This document shows, one piece after another, positions 57,752 through 59,233 of a stretch of 59,233 bases of DNA. Both the position numbers and the translations under genes were made by a program. Origin of the DNA: a virus (lineage: Duplodnaviria > Caudoviricetes). Where the stretch lies: positions 1 to 59,233 of the IMG/VR virus record IMGVR_UViG_3300021197_001657; one strand, 5' to 3'. The notes beneath the pieces are model-generated. The model was given only the letters and a program-made list of their open reading frames with translations. It did not search any database and was not told the DNA's origin. Within the stretch, counting starts at the first letter, position 1. The number at the start of each line of letters is the position of its first letter.

Positions 57752-58114
57752 CTAAACTGGATCAATCTTGTTAGGTCCCGAGAATTTTATTCCCATTTCT
57801 TTCTCGCACTCCCTGTGTAAGCCAGTATAAAACTCTGTGAGTTTTTCCTGAGTTTCTTTATTATACTCATTAAAACTGTAAACTTCCCTACTCTTGTCAG
57901 TCATACAGTCACAGTGTTGCCAGTGAACAGGCCTCGGTATATATGGGAGTGCCCGTATTCTGGACTGATAACAAACTAGCCACATGGCCCTTATATCCTT
58001 TGTCTCGTGGTCGCCAGAATACTTGGCGCGGACCTTCACGATTTTTTCCTGTGTCGTACAAGCGGTAATAATGAATAAAAATATTATCGCTAGTGCGCTT
58101 ACTTTTCCCATCAT
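57752..58114 (-). CDS. Putative lipoprotein with four-Cys domain
   Basis: Lipobox ITAC after a hydrophobic signal; C..CDC..C. Confidence 0.55.
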   Translation of the reverse strand: MMGKVSALAIIFLFIITACTTQEKIVKVRAKYSGDHETKDIRAMWLVCYQSRIRALPYIPRPVHWQHCDCMTDKSREVYSFNEYNKETQEKLTEFYTGLHRECEKEMGIKFSGPNKIDPV

Positions 58115-58416
58115 TCACTCGGTTTAGGATATTTTTTCTTAACTTCGGCCCTTAGTTTATCGACTTCCACTTTGTCTGTAGCATCGTAAAGAGCTACTAC
58201 TAATTCTTCAATTGAAGGGTATTCTGATTTTCGATCACGTTGGTATTTATTTTTTTTATATTCGTCTTCAAGCTCTTTTTTCTTAGCATTAAATGCTTCT
58301 TCAGTTGGTTTTGTTTTACTTTTATCATGAAAAATTAAATCATCATAACTATTCCCAATCCAACTCCACCCGCCAGTAATATTTAATGCTTCTAAAACTT
58401 TAAAATTTTCAATCAT
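58111..58416 (-). CDS. Small tail-fibre-associated (chaperone-like) protein
   Basis: KYQRDRKSEYP..KKKYPKP. Confidence 0.6.
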   Translation of the reverse strand: MIENFKVLEALNITGGWSWIGNSYDDLIFHDKSKTKPTEEAFNAKKKELEDEYKKNKYQRDRKSEYPSIEELVVALYDATDKVEVDKLRAEVKKKYPKPSE

Positions 58417-59129
58417 TGTGCTATCTCAAAAATATTTAGATGCATAGTACGTTGGTTATCACTGTTACCGTATCCTATATATGCTGTGCCACTTGCAGTT
58501 TGTTGTCTCGCACTGACTTTGTAAGTTTTCTCTGTAACTGACCCTGCACTATCTAAAAAGGTATAAGATTGTTGGATATAACCAGGGGTTTCATGAGATC
58601 CTGCCCCTATTAAACCACATCCATTTGTCTTCCCAGAAAGATTTGCCGTTTCTGTAAAATCAGAAGCATTTTTATAAAAATCATAGTGCAAATGTACTGA
58701 AGCAACATTCCAATAAATATTAATGTCAGCCATAAGGAATATTTTAGAATTTGCATACTTAGGTGTAATTGTAGTGGTTACAGCAGTATGAGCAACATCC
58801 CAACTAGCTGAGTCTATAGCAATTTGACCATATGTATCATTAAAAACTGTCTGTATTATATAACCAGCAGGAAAAGTCGCATTTGAACCTAAAACTATGG
58901 TGGGATTACTTGGTAAAGTGACACCTGAACTTACGTTAGTTGTACCTGTAAAAGTAGGTGAAGCAATGGGTGATTTTGCATTAATTTGAGTTTGCAAAGC
59001 ACTGCCTACACCGTCTGTATAATTCAGTTCTGTAGCTGTAGCAGTAAGGTCAGTAATATCAGAAACAGTTAGTGTTTCTAATCCTGTTGCATCCCCTCCT
59101 AGGTTTGCTAAATCTCTACTTCTGCTCAT
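58413..59129 (-). CDS. Tail fibre-like protein
   Basis: MSRSRDLA; TATELNYTDGV..IASPTFTG; ITPKYANS..FEIAQ. Confidence 0.65.
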   Translation of the reverse strand: MSRSRDLANLGGDATGLETLTVSDITDLTATATELNYTDGVGSALQTQINAKSPIASPTFTGTTNVSSGVTLPSNPTIVLGSNATFPAGYIIQTVFNDTYGQIAIDSASWDVAHTAVTTTITPKYANSKIFLMADINIYWNVASVHLHYDFYKNASDFTETANLSGKTNGCGLIGAGSHETPGYIQQSYTFLDSAGSVTEKTYKVSARQQTASGTAYIGYGNSDNQRTMHLNIFEIAQ

Positions 59130-59233
59130 GTTGGTTTAGGGAATTTTTGTTTAATCTCTGAGCGTTTAGTTTGTAGTTCTGTCAACGTATCTCCACCGTC
59201 TAGTAATGCGTGTATGCACTCCTGCAAATCAGG
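59126..59233 (-). CDS. C-terminal part of a third fibre-associated small protein (partial)
   Basis: PDLQECIHALLDGGDTLTELQTKRSEIKQKFPKPT*; ATGA overlap with 59129 start. Confidence 0.6.
   Translation of the reverse strand, partial: PDLQECIHALLDGGDTLTELQTKRSEIKQKFPKPT

Noticed and set aside
59126-59233. Exact circular join of the window end to position 1
   Set aside because: The left edge is mid-fibre gene and the right edge is the tail of a chaperone-type gene; frames and content do not join and no terminal repeat is visible

Overview
Near-complete genome of a tailed dsDNA bacteriophage, probably podovirus-like and probably aquatic (inference from gene content), opened inside its tail-fibre region. 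The two window ends are both partial tail-fibre-cassette genes but do not join in frame, so some sequence is missing. Three blocks are visible. (1) Minus strand 1-14715: tail-fibre/chaperone cassettes, head-tail adaptor, N4-gp56-type major capsid, scaffold, portal, terminase subunits and an HTH regulator. (2) Plus strand 14810-31959: small early genes, two DNA glycosylases, a serine recombinase, an iteron-rich putative origin, Sak4/SSB/RusA recombination genes, a primase-helicase, class II RNR and a half-size Na/Pi cotransporter. (3) Minus strand 31962-59233: an ART-like gene, a 3975-aa polyvalent protein, internal virion proteins, tail and lysis genes. No DNA or RNA polymerase, tRNA or CRISPR array was recognised. 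Highlights: a 45-aa nine-cysteine metallothionein-like ORF missed by the ORF track; a giant protein divided by a recurring [IVL]-S-[EYWF]-S linker and containing a cryptic HhH-GPD glycosylase-like module; three related stop-codon-anchored hairpins in the early operon. All family calls come from motif recognition by eye, not database searches.
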